From a virus: 15,014 nucleotides of DNA. The first letter of the stretch is position 1; every line of letters starts with the position of its first letter. The DNA is taken from UHGV virus genome UHGV-0136760; one strand, 5' to 3'. A program made the translations under genes and the position numbers. Below the pieces are notes generated by a model. The model saw only the letters and a program-made list of their open reading frames with translations. It did no database searches and was not told where the DNA came from. Positions 7,031 to 14,287 of this stretch are shown here, piece by piece.

Positions 7031-7579
7031 ATGACCACTATTACCAATAAGAAACAGTATCCCAGCGAGCAATATCTTAATGAGCTGATCACCAACATAG
7101 AGTTTGCTGCAAGGGCACCAGTTGAAGTCGTGAGAGCGATGGCAGCAGAGCTACAGAAGCGGCGCGAAGCTGATAGTGCAGAACCTGTAAGCCAAACTTA
7201 CAAGTTGCCAGTTAATACACCTTGCCAAGATGCGCCAGCCCATATCTGGCTGCAAACGGCTGGAGTATGGCCAGAAGATGGCGAGTTAAGCGAATTAACG
7301 TGGTGCAGCCACAATCAGCACCATGATGACACGCTATATGTTCGAGCTGACCTTGTGAATGGCAACTATCCGGTAACTCCGGATGGTTGGATAAGCTGTA
7401 GTGAGCGAATGCCCCCTCAAGATGATTGGATTTTAATTTATTCAAAGCACGGCGAGTATATGGCAGGACAGGTACAAGGGGAATACGTGGAGTTGAGCGA
7501 CGGCACTTTATCGTGGTTAGGGAACGCCTTGTACTGGATGCCACTACCAGAGCCGCCGCAGGAGGTTAACCGTGGCTAA
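7031..7579 (+). CDS. hypothetical protein with C-terminal DUF551-like domain
   Basis: ATG at 7031 with a GGAGAG Shine-Dalgarno. C-terminal region GWISCSERMPP...WMPLPEPP matches the phage DUF551 signature. Confidence 0.55.
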   Translation: MTTITNKKQYPSEQYLNELITNIEFAARAPVEVVRAMAAELQKRREADSAEPVSQTYKLPVNTPCQDAPAHIWLQTAGVWPEDGELSELTWCSHNQHHDDTLYVRADLVNGNYPVTPDGWISCSERMPPQDDWILIYSKHGEYMAGQVQGEYVELSDGTLSWLGNALYWMPLPEPPQEVNRG

Positions 7580-7853
7580 CCTGCAACTTGCCGTCAAAGG
7601 TGAATACTTCGATGCCATGATTCGCGGAGAGAAAACGGAAGAGTATCGCTTGTGTAATGGCTACTGGAATAAGCGAATCATGTTCCGGGAATATGACCGC
7701 CTGATTATCACAAAGGGATATCCGAAGCGCGACGATTCCAGTCGCAGAATAGACGTCCCGTATAACGGATATGAAATCAAGACAATCACACATCCGCACT
7801 TCGGTGATAAACCGGTAAAGGTGTACGCGATAAAGGTGAATATCAATGGCTAA
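7572..7853 (+). CDS. ASCH/DUF3850-like small protein
   Basis: GTG start with a GGAGG Shine-Dalgarno. N-terminal LAVKGEYFDAMIRGEKTEEYR resembles the ASCH-domain beta-barrel motif. Overlaps its neighbours at both ends. Confidence 0.5.
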   Translation: MANLQLAVKGEYFDAMIRGEKTEEYRLCNGYWNKRIMFREYDRLIITKGYPKRDDSSRRIDVPYNGYEIKTITHPHFGDKPVKVYAIKVNING

Positions 7854-8274
7854 ATTTCAAAGAGCTATTATTTTTCTGGCTATGTTATCAGCCAGTCATT
7901 TATCCCACGCGTCAGTTATTGCCGCTGGAGCGGCGGCAACAGCGGCGGCAACAGCGGCGACCACGGCGGCAGTAAATGCTTCTATCGCCAGCGAGCAAGC
8001 GCGGCGTGCTGCAACCAATGCTTCCGCAAACACCACCACGGTATCAGTCACACAATCAAAACCGAATATAGGCTTTGTTACTTGTGGCAAGCGATATGGT
8101 GAAATGGTTGGCTCTCTTGGTTGCGTAATGTGGCAAGACGACGACCGAACAGAAATTCCGTGGAACTCATGGCCTGGCTACATTCTTGGTAAGAAGCTGC
8201 CCACCAGCTATGAAGTAAATGCTATTTCGTTCGACCAATATAACAGTGTTGCAACGGTCTATTTCTCTTATTAA
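7846..8274 (+). CDS. secreted protein with signal peptide and Ala/Thr-rich low-complexity region
   Basis: N-terminal signal-peptide-like segment MAKFQRAIIFLAMLSASHLSHA, followed by an Ala/Thr-rich tract and a C-terminal domain containing two Cys. Confidence 0.6.
   Translation: MAKFQRAIIFLAMLSASHLSHASVIAAGAAATAAATAATTAAVNASIASEQARRAATNASANTTTVSVTQSKPNIGFVTCGKRYGEMVGSLGCVMWQDDDRTEIPWNSWPGYILGKKLPTSYEVNAISFDQYNSVATVYFSY
7931..7966 (+). repeat. tandem 12-bp repeat (CGGCGGCAACAG x2 plus one degenerate unit) inside a CDS
   Basis: Direct tandem units read in the sequence; they encode the AAATAAATAATT low-complexity tract. Confidence 0.5.
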
Positions 8275-8286
8275 CACGGAGTAATT

Positions 8287-8580
8287 ATGTGGCGCGGTAA
8301 TAATCATGGTGGAAGCCAGATGATACTTACCGAATATCAGCTCGACCACAAAACCAATAAATCACGCTCAGTATATTTGCTTCGGCACAATAGCCGCGTA
8401 AGGAATACCGTGCTGGAGCAAAATCTGACCGTTGAAATGGATAATTCGGGGAACTTCAAGCCAACAATTTCGCTTGATGATTTTCCGCGTGGTTTAAGCG
8501 AAAGAGAAGCCATGCTGAAATTAGCAGAATGGCTTCAGAGGTTAAGTATTGTTATTGAAGATAACTGGAGTCAACCATAA
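8287..8580 (+). CDS. hypothetical protein (97 aa)
   Basis: ATG at 8287 with an ACGGAG Shine-Dalgarno 5 nt upstream. An alternative internal start at 8320 also has a Shine-Dalgarno. Confidence 0.5.
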   Translation: MWRGNNHGGSQMILTEYQLDHKTNKSRSVYLLRHNSRVRNTVLEQNLTVEMDNSGNFKPTISLDDFPRGLSEREAMLKLAEWLQRLSIVIEDNWSQP

Positions 8581-8756
8581 TGAAAAACAGAAAGAAATTT
8601 TGGATTACTTTTTTGTTTGTATGCCTTTGCGGTTTATTTATTTTATTAGCTGGTGGTGTTAAATGGGGTACGGTGGGGTGTGGTTTTTGGAGCGGGGTTA
8701 CTCTTTTCGCAGCCTGGCTTATCGCCAACTTTGAGTCAGGCGGAGGGTATTGGTAA
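8580..8756 (+). CDS. small membrane protein (58 aa, two predicted TM helices)
   Basis: Not in the ORF track (under 60 aa). ATG at 8580 overlaps the upstream stop (TAATG), with a GGAG about 10 nt upstream. Translation MKNRKKFWITFLFVCLCGLFILLAGGVKWGTVGCGFWSGVTLFAAWLIANFESGGGYW. Confidence 0.45.
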   Translation: MKNRKKFWITFLFVCLCGLFILLAGGVKWGTVGCGFWSGVTLFAAWLIANFESGGGYW

Positions 8757-8776
8757 GTGGTCTTATTCCCCACTTC

Positions 8777-8830
8777 ATAACGGATATCACGCTCGTGATA
8801 ACGGATATTCCAATTTTGATAACGGATAAG
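8777..8830 (+). promoter_or_regulatory. three phased direct repeats of (G)ATAACGGATA upstream of the 8836 gene
   Basis: Copies at about 8777, 8797 and 8818, spaced 20-21 bp apart (about two helical turns), in the 79-bp intergenic gap. Confidence 0.45.
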
Positions 8831-8835
8831 GCCAA

Positions 8836-9045
8836 ATGAAGCATTTTTTAAGGTTGGCATTTGTTCTGGCGCTATTTGATCCTCCGGCTGCAATGGCTGG
8901 AGAACAGCAACATTGCACAAAAGAGAATGAACACCCTTTCATCGTTATTCAATGTGATGACGGAACGGTGACAGTGGTTAATGTAAGAAATGACCGTGTA
9001 GCCGTATGCCGTAAAGGCGAACCATGCAAGGAAATAAAACTATGA
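8836..9045 (+). CDS. small secreted Cys-containing protein (69 aa) with signal peptide
   Basis: N-terminal signal-peptide-like MKHFLRLAFVLALFDPPAAMA, then a mature part with four Cys. Confidence 0.55.
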   Translation: MKHFLRLAFVLALFDPPAAMAGEQQHCTKENEHPFIVIQCDDGTVTVVNVRNDRVAVCRKGEPCKEIKL

Positions 9046-9806
9046 CTAAAATCACTAAATTTCGCATATCAGAGATTATTGCACGCATCGAAATGTATGG
9101 ACACGGCGCTGGATACACGGCAGATGAGGTATTGGAGCTTGCCCAAATGGCTTTGGCGACTTGCAAAGATGGTAAAACAATGAAGCTGATCGACTTGTTA
9201 GTGAAGGAGTTGCCTAAGCGCGGCGGATGGCCTTATGGTATGATCGATTGTCGCCTGCTCAGTGCCAATTTAATGGTGCCATGCGCGACTTTTGCTTTTG
9301 GCTCAGACTGCAAAAAAGACCAGTTCGATGGGCGCAATTTTTGTTTTGAGATTGAGCTTCCAATTCATGACCTTGATAGCGATGAATACCAGTCAGTTGT
9401 CACTCACGAACAATACGAAGCCGCTCTCATAGCGTCGCAGCAAGTCGAGTTCAATGGTGATGAACTTGAAAGTAAGGCTTACAAGTTAGATTTTGAGCAA
9501 TGGCTGGAGCAGCAGCGCGGGAAAATCGATGTGGACTGCGGTTGTGTGTCTGCGGAAACATTCATGCACTGGTTGCGGGTAGCTTATGAGGCTGGCAACC
9601 ATCCGGATTTTCCGGATAGTTCCCAACAAGCGCCCAGGAAAAGCGTAAAAACCACTCTGGAAAGAGGCTATCTTGAGGCCGCATTAAAGATTAAGCCGGG
9701 CCATACGCTAGGCGTCATTGATGCCATGTTGGTTCATGAAATGGCGAAGGCTTTATTGCCGCTGGTGGCTGATAAACATGAGGCGGACCATGCCAACGAA
9801 AGCTGA
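9042..9806 (+). CDS. hypothetical protein (254 aa)
   Basis: Start taken at the ATG at 9042 (MTKITKF...), which has an AAGGAAAT Shine-Dalgarno and overlaps the upstream stop. No recognised domain. Confidence 0.55.
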   Translation: MTKITKFRISEIIARIEMYGHGAGYTADEVLELAQMALATCKDGKTMKLIDLLVKELPKRGGWPYGMIDCRLLSANLMVPCATFAFGSDCKKDQFDGRNFCFEIELPIHDLDSDEYQSVVTHEQYEAALIASQQVEFNGDELESKAYKLDFEQWLEQQRGKIDVDCGCVSAETFMHWLRVAYEAGNHPDFPDSSQQAPRKSVKTTLERGYLEAALKIKPGHTLGVIDAMLVHEMAKALLPLVADKHEADHANES

Positions 9807-10074
9807 GTTACAGGCGCGCGTAGAGATTCTTGAAAAAGAGAATGCCAGCCTCAAAGGAATGCTGGCGCGGGCGGAAAGGGAATTATCAGGTAAATTATTG
9901 CCAGAGGAGCGACCACCAGCAGATATACCCGACCGAGTGTCCCGGTGGATGAAGTCTTTTTGTTTGTCGTGGGAGACTTTTTGGTGCTACGACCATCGCA
10001 GATGGTGCGATGAACTTGATAGCAGCTTTCCCTACTTTGCGGAAGGTAACACCTGCCCTCAATGCAGGGGATGA
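9790..10074 (+). CDS. coiled-coil protein with C-terminal Cys-rich (zinc-finger-like) tail (94 aa)
   Basis: ATG at 9790 within track ORF 9718..10074. N-terminal heptad-like segment ELQARVEILEKENASLKGMLARAERE; C-terminal CxxxxW...C...CPQC. Confidence 0.45.
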   Translation: MPTKAELQARVEILEKENASLKGMLARAERELSGKLLPEERPPADIPDRVSRWMKSFCLSWETFWCYDHRRWCDELDSSFPYFAEGNTCPQCRG

Positions 10075-10415
10075 GATTTAACGAAATCGATCACCCTATC
10101 CTGAACTTCAGAAAGAAGGTCTTTTTCACAAGCCAGGACGTCATGATATTGACGTTCTGGCCTCACCAGATGCCGAAGCCTCCCATTAAGCAGGATGGCC
10201 TCAGAAAACACTTTTACGCTGTGCTTTACCCCCTCTGCTTCACTTTTAAGCGTCAAAATAAAGCGCAATTGCTTAATTGCATTGGCATGATTCAGGTTCA
10301 ATACACGAATTTGCAGTTCGTCTATGCTATTTCGCAATGGGATTGATGCCACCACACTGGTGCAGTCTCTGATTGTCTGAATTGAACGGCTAACATTGAG
10401 AACGTTATTGTGCAT
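10059..10415 (-). CDS. hypothetical protein (118 aa), antisense to the main operon
   Basis: Long minus-strand ORF with plausible protein-like composition, divergent from the 10448 gene. Weak ribosome-binding site. Competes with plus-strand ORF 10062..10346. Confidence 0.35.
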   Translation of the reverse strand: MHNNVLNVSRSIQTIRDCTSVVASIPLRNSIDELQIRVLNLNHANAIKQLRFILTLKSEAEGVKHSVKVFSEAILLNGRLRHLVRPERQYHDVLACEKDLLSEVQDRVIDFVKSHPLH

Positions 10416-10447
10416 GTGCCTGATCCACTAACTCTAGGAGGTTTCTT

Positions 10448-10699
10448 GTGTCAGATCGAAATATAGCAGCTAAAAGCCAGGAAGAGCGAGACAAGGTGAA
10501 CGTAGACCTTGCCGCCAGCGGCGTTGCTTACAAAGAACGGCTGAATATACCTGTGATTGCAGAGCAGGTGGCCCGTGAGCAACCGGAAAACCTGCGCGCC
10601 TATTTCATGGAACGGCTACGGCACTACCGGAAGTTAAGCCTCCAGTTGCCAAAAGGGAGCGATCCGGTGTATCAGAACGAGGATGCACCAAAAAAATAA
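10448..10699 (+). CDS. hypothetical protein (83 aa), GTG start
   Basis: Strong AGGAGG Shine-Dalgarno about 7 nt upstream of the GTG. No recognised domain. Confidence 0.55.
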   Translation: MSDRNIAAKSQEERDKVNVDLAASGVAYKERLNIPVIAEQVAREQPENLRAYFMERLRHYRKLSLQLPKGSDPVYQNEDAPKK

Positions 10700-10784
10700 C
10701 GGCAAGATGGGGGAGAAATGTGATTAGCCCCCAGCGTGGCGCGCCTACAAACCCCGCTTTCACAAACTATGCCTTTTCAATGTA

Positions 10785-10804
10785 TACTGTATGAATAAAC
10801 AGTA
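10785..10804 (+). promoter_or_regulatory. LexA box (SOS box) TACTGTATGAATAAACAGTA
   Basis: Matches the CTGT-N8-ACAG consensus. Lies about 20 bp upstream of the UmuD'-like gene and overlaps -10-like hexamers. Confidence 0.7.
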
Positions 10805-10822
10805 TCATTGAGGTAAAACGCT

Positions 10823-11212
10823 ATGGGCTTCCCTTCTCCTGCGGCGGATTATGCAGAGAGCCGCATTTCTCTTGATCAGCAACTAATCAGACATCCTTCC
10901 GCGACCTACTTCATGCGGGCGGCAGACAGCCATCACCGTGAGGGAATATTGCAAGGTGCTTTGCTGGTGGTTGATTCCTCACTTACTCCGGTTGATGGTT
11001 CACTGCTTATATGCGCTATGGAGGGTGAATATCGCATAAAGAGATACAGGAAGTATCCGCGCCAGCACCTGGAGGATTTAAGCACCGGGAAGAAAGAGGC
11101 GTTACCAGTAGATGACGATGGATGCACGGGCAGTAATGCTGTGTTTGGTGTGATCACTCATGTCATTAATGATGCCCGAAGTGGGGAGTTTGATTATAGA
11201 CCTGTGATTTAA
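10823..11212 (+). CDS. UmuD'-like protein (S24 LexA/UmuD peptidase fold lacking the N-terminal arm; P1 HumD-like)
   Basis: Starts MGFPSPAADYAE, i.e. at the position corresponding to the UmuD to UmuD' cleavage site. Colinear with E. coli UmuD' through to FGVITHVI. GAGGTAAAA Shine-Dalgarno. Confidence 0.8.
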   Translation: MGFPSPAADYAESRISLDQQLIRHPSATYFMRAADSHHREGILQGALLVVDSSLTPVDGSLLICAMEGEYRIKRYRKYPRQHLEDLSTGKKEALPVDDDGCTGSNAVFGVITHVINDARSGEFDYRPVI

Positions 11213-11223
11213 GGCGCATAAAG

Positions 11224-11252
11224 AAGCCCGCCAGACCTGGCGGGCTTTTTGT
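11224..11252 (+). terminator. Rho-independent terminator (10-bp GC-rich stem, GACC loop, T5 run), probably bidirectional
   Basis: AAGCCCGCCA-GACC-TGGCGGGCTT followed by TTTTT, placed between the convergent stops at 11212 and 11258. The reverse strand has a T-rich tail after the same hairpin. Confidence 0.75.
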
Positions 11253-11257
11253 TGATA

Positions 11258-12352
11258 TCATTCAATGATTTTTTCGGCTGTCAGCCAGCTAATTTCGTGC
11301 CTGTCTTTCGGCGGTTTTAGCATGTGAGCATATTCAGCGACATGCTCCCACGGAATTGTTTTTGCCCACTCAACGATAGCATTGTGATCTGCAGTGAAGA
11401 GTGGAATAGTGTGCGATTTCAACCATTCTAATGTCGTGACGCCATGTTTTTTGGCGTGGTGCTGCGCATGATGCCGGGCTATCACTCGTAATGGCATTGT
11501 CCATTCACTACCATCAGGCATCGAAAAGCGCATTGTCTTCGGCATATCTGATTCAAGAACAGCCTCCCTAATACCAGGGAACTCACCAAGAATCATACGA
11601 CGATAGTCATCACTATTTCGCCCGCCATACCTTTCGGCAAAATGATCAAGATATTCTTGGGTAATAAATGGTGAATCCTCCGCACTCAGCTTAATGGCTT
11701 TATATACACCACTCGGATTATCTTCAGCTAAAGCACGTCCATGATGTGAATCATAAAAAAAGCCTATTTCCTCTGGTGACGGAATTGAAGTGAGCAATAT
11801 GCGTGAATCACCACTAGTCATGCTTGCCCACACAATGCTGTATGCCCGATCGCTGATATGTGCGGAATCCACAATAATGAATAAAAGATGGTCGGCGTAG
11901 TGACCTGCAATGCTATCTTCATAGTTAAGGCGGTAGTTACAAAAGCACATTCCCCAAAATTCATTGAACATCAGACCGCTATCACCGACCTTAAAATACT
12001 CAATGATAAAAGGTTGTTTTTTCAGCAATGCCTCCCAACATTGCCACACATATGCAACAATTCCTCTTTTGCAAACATTTGATTTTGGATAAACAATTAC
12101 TGTCCGGGAATCAGGATACATAATCGTATAAAGGGTACTAATAACAGCAAGCACTTGCGGTCGTCCGATCCCATACGGAGTGGTGACAGTAGCTTTTGCA
12201 TTATTGGGCTGTATAGCTTCAACAATTTGTTGTTGCTGGTGGCTTAAATCAATATCAAACAATTCTTTTGCTGCCAGTACCCAATTGTCTTTATATTTCT
12301 CCACCAGCGACAGCCAGCGCGGATCTTTATAAATATTGCTCTTAGTCGCCAT
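11258..12352 (-). CDS. terminase large subunit-like ATPase-domain protein (no nuclease domain)
   Basis: Start taken at the internal ATG at 12352 (MATKSNIYK...), which has an AAGGAAG Shine-Dalgarno and overlaps the upstream stop. Terminase-like motif order: P-loop-like GIGRPQ, Walker B-like LLFIIVDSAH, motif III-like LLTSIPSPEE, then YRRMILGEF. Only 364 aa. Confidence 0.5.
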   Translation of the reverse strand: MATKSNIYKDPRWLSLVEKYKDNWVLAAKELFDIDLSHQQQQIVEAIQPNNAKATVTTPYGIGRPQVLAVISTLYTIMYPDSRTVIVYPKSNVCKRGIVAYVWQCWEALLKKQPFIIEYFKVGDSGLMFNEFWGMCFCNYRLNYEDSIAGHYADHLLFIIVDSAHISDRAYSIVWASMTSGDSRILLTSIPSPEEIGFFYDSHHGRALAEDNPSGVYKAIKLSAEDSPFITQEYLDHFAERYGGRNSDDYRRMILGEFPGIREAVLESDMPKTMRFSMPDGSEWTMPLRVIARHHAQHHAKKHGVTTLEWLKSHTIPLFTADHNAIVEWAKTIPWEHVAEYAHMLKPPKDRHEISWLTAEKIIE

Positions 12353-13109
12353 CTGCCACTTCCTTAACTTCTTCTTTGGCCTGTTCTGCAATCGCCGCAC
12401 GGCATTTCGCCCTGGCTGTAGCGATTGCTTCAGCTCGCACATCGTCTGGAATCGTTGACGTGATATACATATCCAGTTCTTCGGCACGGAATACTGTTTG
12501 GTCCAGATATTCGCGTAGCATCCAGGTAAATTCGAAATCACACGCGATAATCTCTGCGCTACCTTCTGCACCATTTGGGAAATGAATAAATGCCTGTTTA
12601 GCCAAACCGATAACACGACATGCGGTTGCCAAAACAGCGACAACCAGGTTTACATTTTCACACGCTACGGGCTGATTAACGCCGGAGATTACTCCATTTA
12701 ACTGTCGGTTATATGGAAGGTAGTTTGAGATGCGTTCTACGCGCCATGTGCCAGTCAGGCTGCCATTTTTAAAGATAATTGGTGTAACGGATAGCCCAAG
12801 CTCGCGTATAAGTCGTTGCGCTATAGCAGGATCATTAAACAGGTCTAATGCTACACATTCGAAAGACTGCGCAAGGGCAAACAGTTCTTCCAGAGAGTAG
12901 TCTTTGCCCCTGGCGGTGATGTAACGACGAACGCCGCTGTCTGCATCACTCCATATAGCTACGCCATGCTCTTCATTCAGCTCTTCATTAAAGCCGAGAT
13001 ACGTCATGATAGTGCGTTCAATCGTGTCAAACGGCAGTGACATGTCGGCGTTAACAGCCACCAGCAGGCCATTACGCAAGCGGTATTGAATTGTTTTAGT
13101 GCTTTCCAT
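12342..13109 (-). CDS. hypothetical protein (255 aa)
   Basis: ORF with a GGAG Shine-Dalgarno. Acidic Ala-rich C-terminal tail. No recognised domain. Confidence 0.55.
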   Translation of the reverse strand: MESTKTIQYRLRNGLLVAVNADMSLPFDTIERTIMTYLGFNEELNEEHGVAIWSDADSGVRRYITARGKDYSLEELFALAQSFECVALDLFNDPAIAQRLIRELGLSVTPIIFKNGSLTGTWRVERISNYLPYNRQLNGVISGVNQPVACENVNLVVAVLATACRVIGLAKQAFIHFPNGAEGSAEIIACDFEFTWMLREYLDQTVFRAEELDMYITSTIPDDVRAEAIATARAKCRAAIAEQAKEEVKEVADGD

Positions 13110-13115
13110 GTCAAA

Positions 13116-13778
13116 TCACTCCACAACAAACCAGTCACAGGCCAGCAGGTCGCCAACTGAAGGCACCCACGGAACAACTACACCTTGTGCATTTTTTAAG
13201 GCGAAATAAGCACCATACGGAACGAGGTCGCCGGGGAAATATCCCTTAATGGCTTCCATTCGTGCCGGGTGCTGTCCTTCAGGAACCAGCCAGCAGAATT
13301 GGTCTTCGCCGTTCCACCCGCGTCGAGCAACTTTCTTGCCATCCTTCATCCACATCAGCGCGTCAGAAAAGTCGGCTGCTTCAAGGTCGATTTCTTCTTG
13401 TAGAGTAGCGATACCGCCAGCAGAAATAGTTACGTCCCTGGCTGTAATGAATGTCACCCCATTGTGACCTTCAATGCTGAGCGATACCCCATTTTCGGAG
13501 GCGTCGTTAACCCGGCTATAGCATTTTTCAAATGCTTTCTCTGGCACATAGACCAGATAACCATTTTCAGCAGTGACGAGATATCCTCCTATTTGCGGTC
13601 GGAACTTTTCCAAGAACACACCATCAACACGAAGCGTCATTCCTTTTGGCTCCACGACTTCGATGCTGCCAAAAATGGGCGCATAAGCTTTGCCGACAAT
13701 AACAATATCTTTGATTTTCGATGCCCGAATGATGCTGTGGCATTTGTATTTGGGGAACACCTGAAAAGTGCTGGCCAT
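13116..13778 (-). CDS. two-domain protein with C-terminal DUF2829 (Tad2-like) domain
   Basis: C-terminal ~90 aa (FSDALMWMKDGKKVARRGWNGEDQFCWLVPEG ... VVPWVPSVGDLLACDWFVVE) matches the DUF2829 signature. The N-terminal ~125 aa is an unrelated domain. GAGGAAGG Shine-Dalgarno. Confidence 0.6.
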   Translation of the reverse strand: MASTFQVFPKYKCHSIIRASKIKDIVIVGKAYAPIFGSIEVVEPKGMTLRVDGVFLEKFRPQIGGYLVTAENGYLVYVPEKAFEKCYSRVNDASENGVSLSIEGHNGVTFITARDVTISAGGIATLQEEIDLEAADFSDALMWMKDGKKVARRGWNGEDQFCWLVPEGQHPARMEAIKGYFPGDLVPYGAYFALKNAQGVVVPWVPSVGDLLACDWFVVE

Positions 13779-13792
13779 AATCCTTCCTCTAC

Positions 13793-14287
13793 TTAAAACT
13801 TTGCGTACTGAAGCGGTGTACGCTTGATTTCAACGCGGCCTTCCGATGTGCTACCAAAGCCACCAGCACCACGCTCCGTTTCGTTGAGTTCCTCAACCTC
13901 GACTAGTGAGACTTGTTCAACACGCTCAAAAATACCTTGCATGACAGCCATTCCAGGCTTGAGACAAACGCCTTCCCCGCCGGGATCAGTAATCAGTTTT
14001 GCCATGATTTCGCCGCGATAATCGGAGTCGATAATTCCTACGCAGTTAGCCAGGCGAGTATGTTTTTTGCAGCCCAATCCGGATCGCGGATAGAGTTTCA
14101 GACACCAGCCGGGCGGGATCTCCATAGCCAGTCCGGTATACACCCACCAGCTTGAGGAAATTGCACCATTGCTATCGACGCATGGTGTTATTTCAACAGC
14201 CTCAAAATCCATTGCTGCCGATCCTGCGGTGGCATAGAACGGCAGTTTTGCACCAGGATGCAGGCGCTTCACTTTTACGTTAATCAT
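13793..14287 (-). CDS. dut: dUTP diphosphatase (trimeric dUTPase)
   Basis: Start taken at the internal ATG at 14287 (MINVKVKRL...). All recognisable dUTPase motifs present: YATAGSAAMDF, PRSGLG, GIIDSDYRGE and RGAGGFGSTS. Overlaps the upstream gene by 8 nt. Confidence 0.85.
   Translation of the reverse strand: MINVKVKRLHPGAKLPFYATAGSAAMDFEAVEITPCVDSNGAISSSWWVYTGLAMEIPPGWCLKLYPRSGLGCKKHTRLANCVGIIDSDYRGEIMAKLITDPGGEGVCLKPGMAVMQGIFERVEQVSLVEVEELNETERGAGGFGSTSEGRVEIKRTPLQYAKF

Noticed and set aside
5908-7098. ORFs 5908..6141, 5931..6155, 6385..6606 and 6817..7098
   Set aside because: Embedded in or antisense to well-supported coupled genes, with no independent start signals.
8777-8830. Possible CRISPR array
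   Set aside because: Only three short (10-11 bp) repeats with about 10-bp spacers; far too short and too few for CRISPR repeats. Interpreted as regulatory iterons.
10062-10346. Plus-strand ORF 10062..10346 (94 aa)
   Set aside because: Less protein-like composition (F/W-rich, no clear start signal) than the antisense 118-aa ORF. Kept as an alternative, since strand assignment here is uncertain.
11258-12352. Full-length functional terminase large subunit
   Set aside because: The ORF is too short for ATPase plus nuclease domains, and the Walker A and B positions look atypical by eye. Called terminase-like ATPase domain only.
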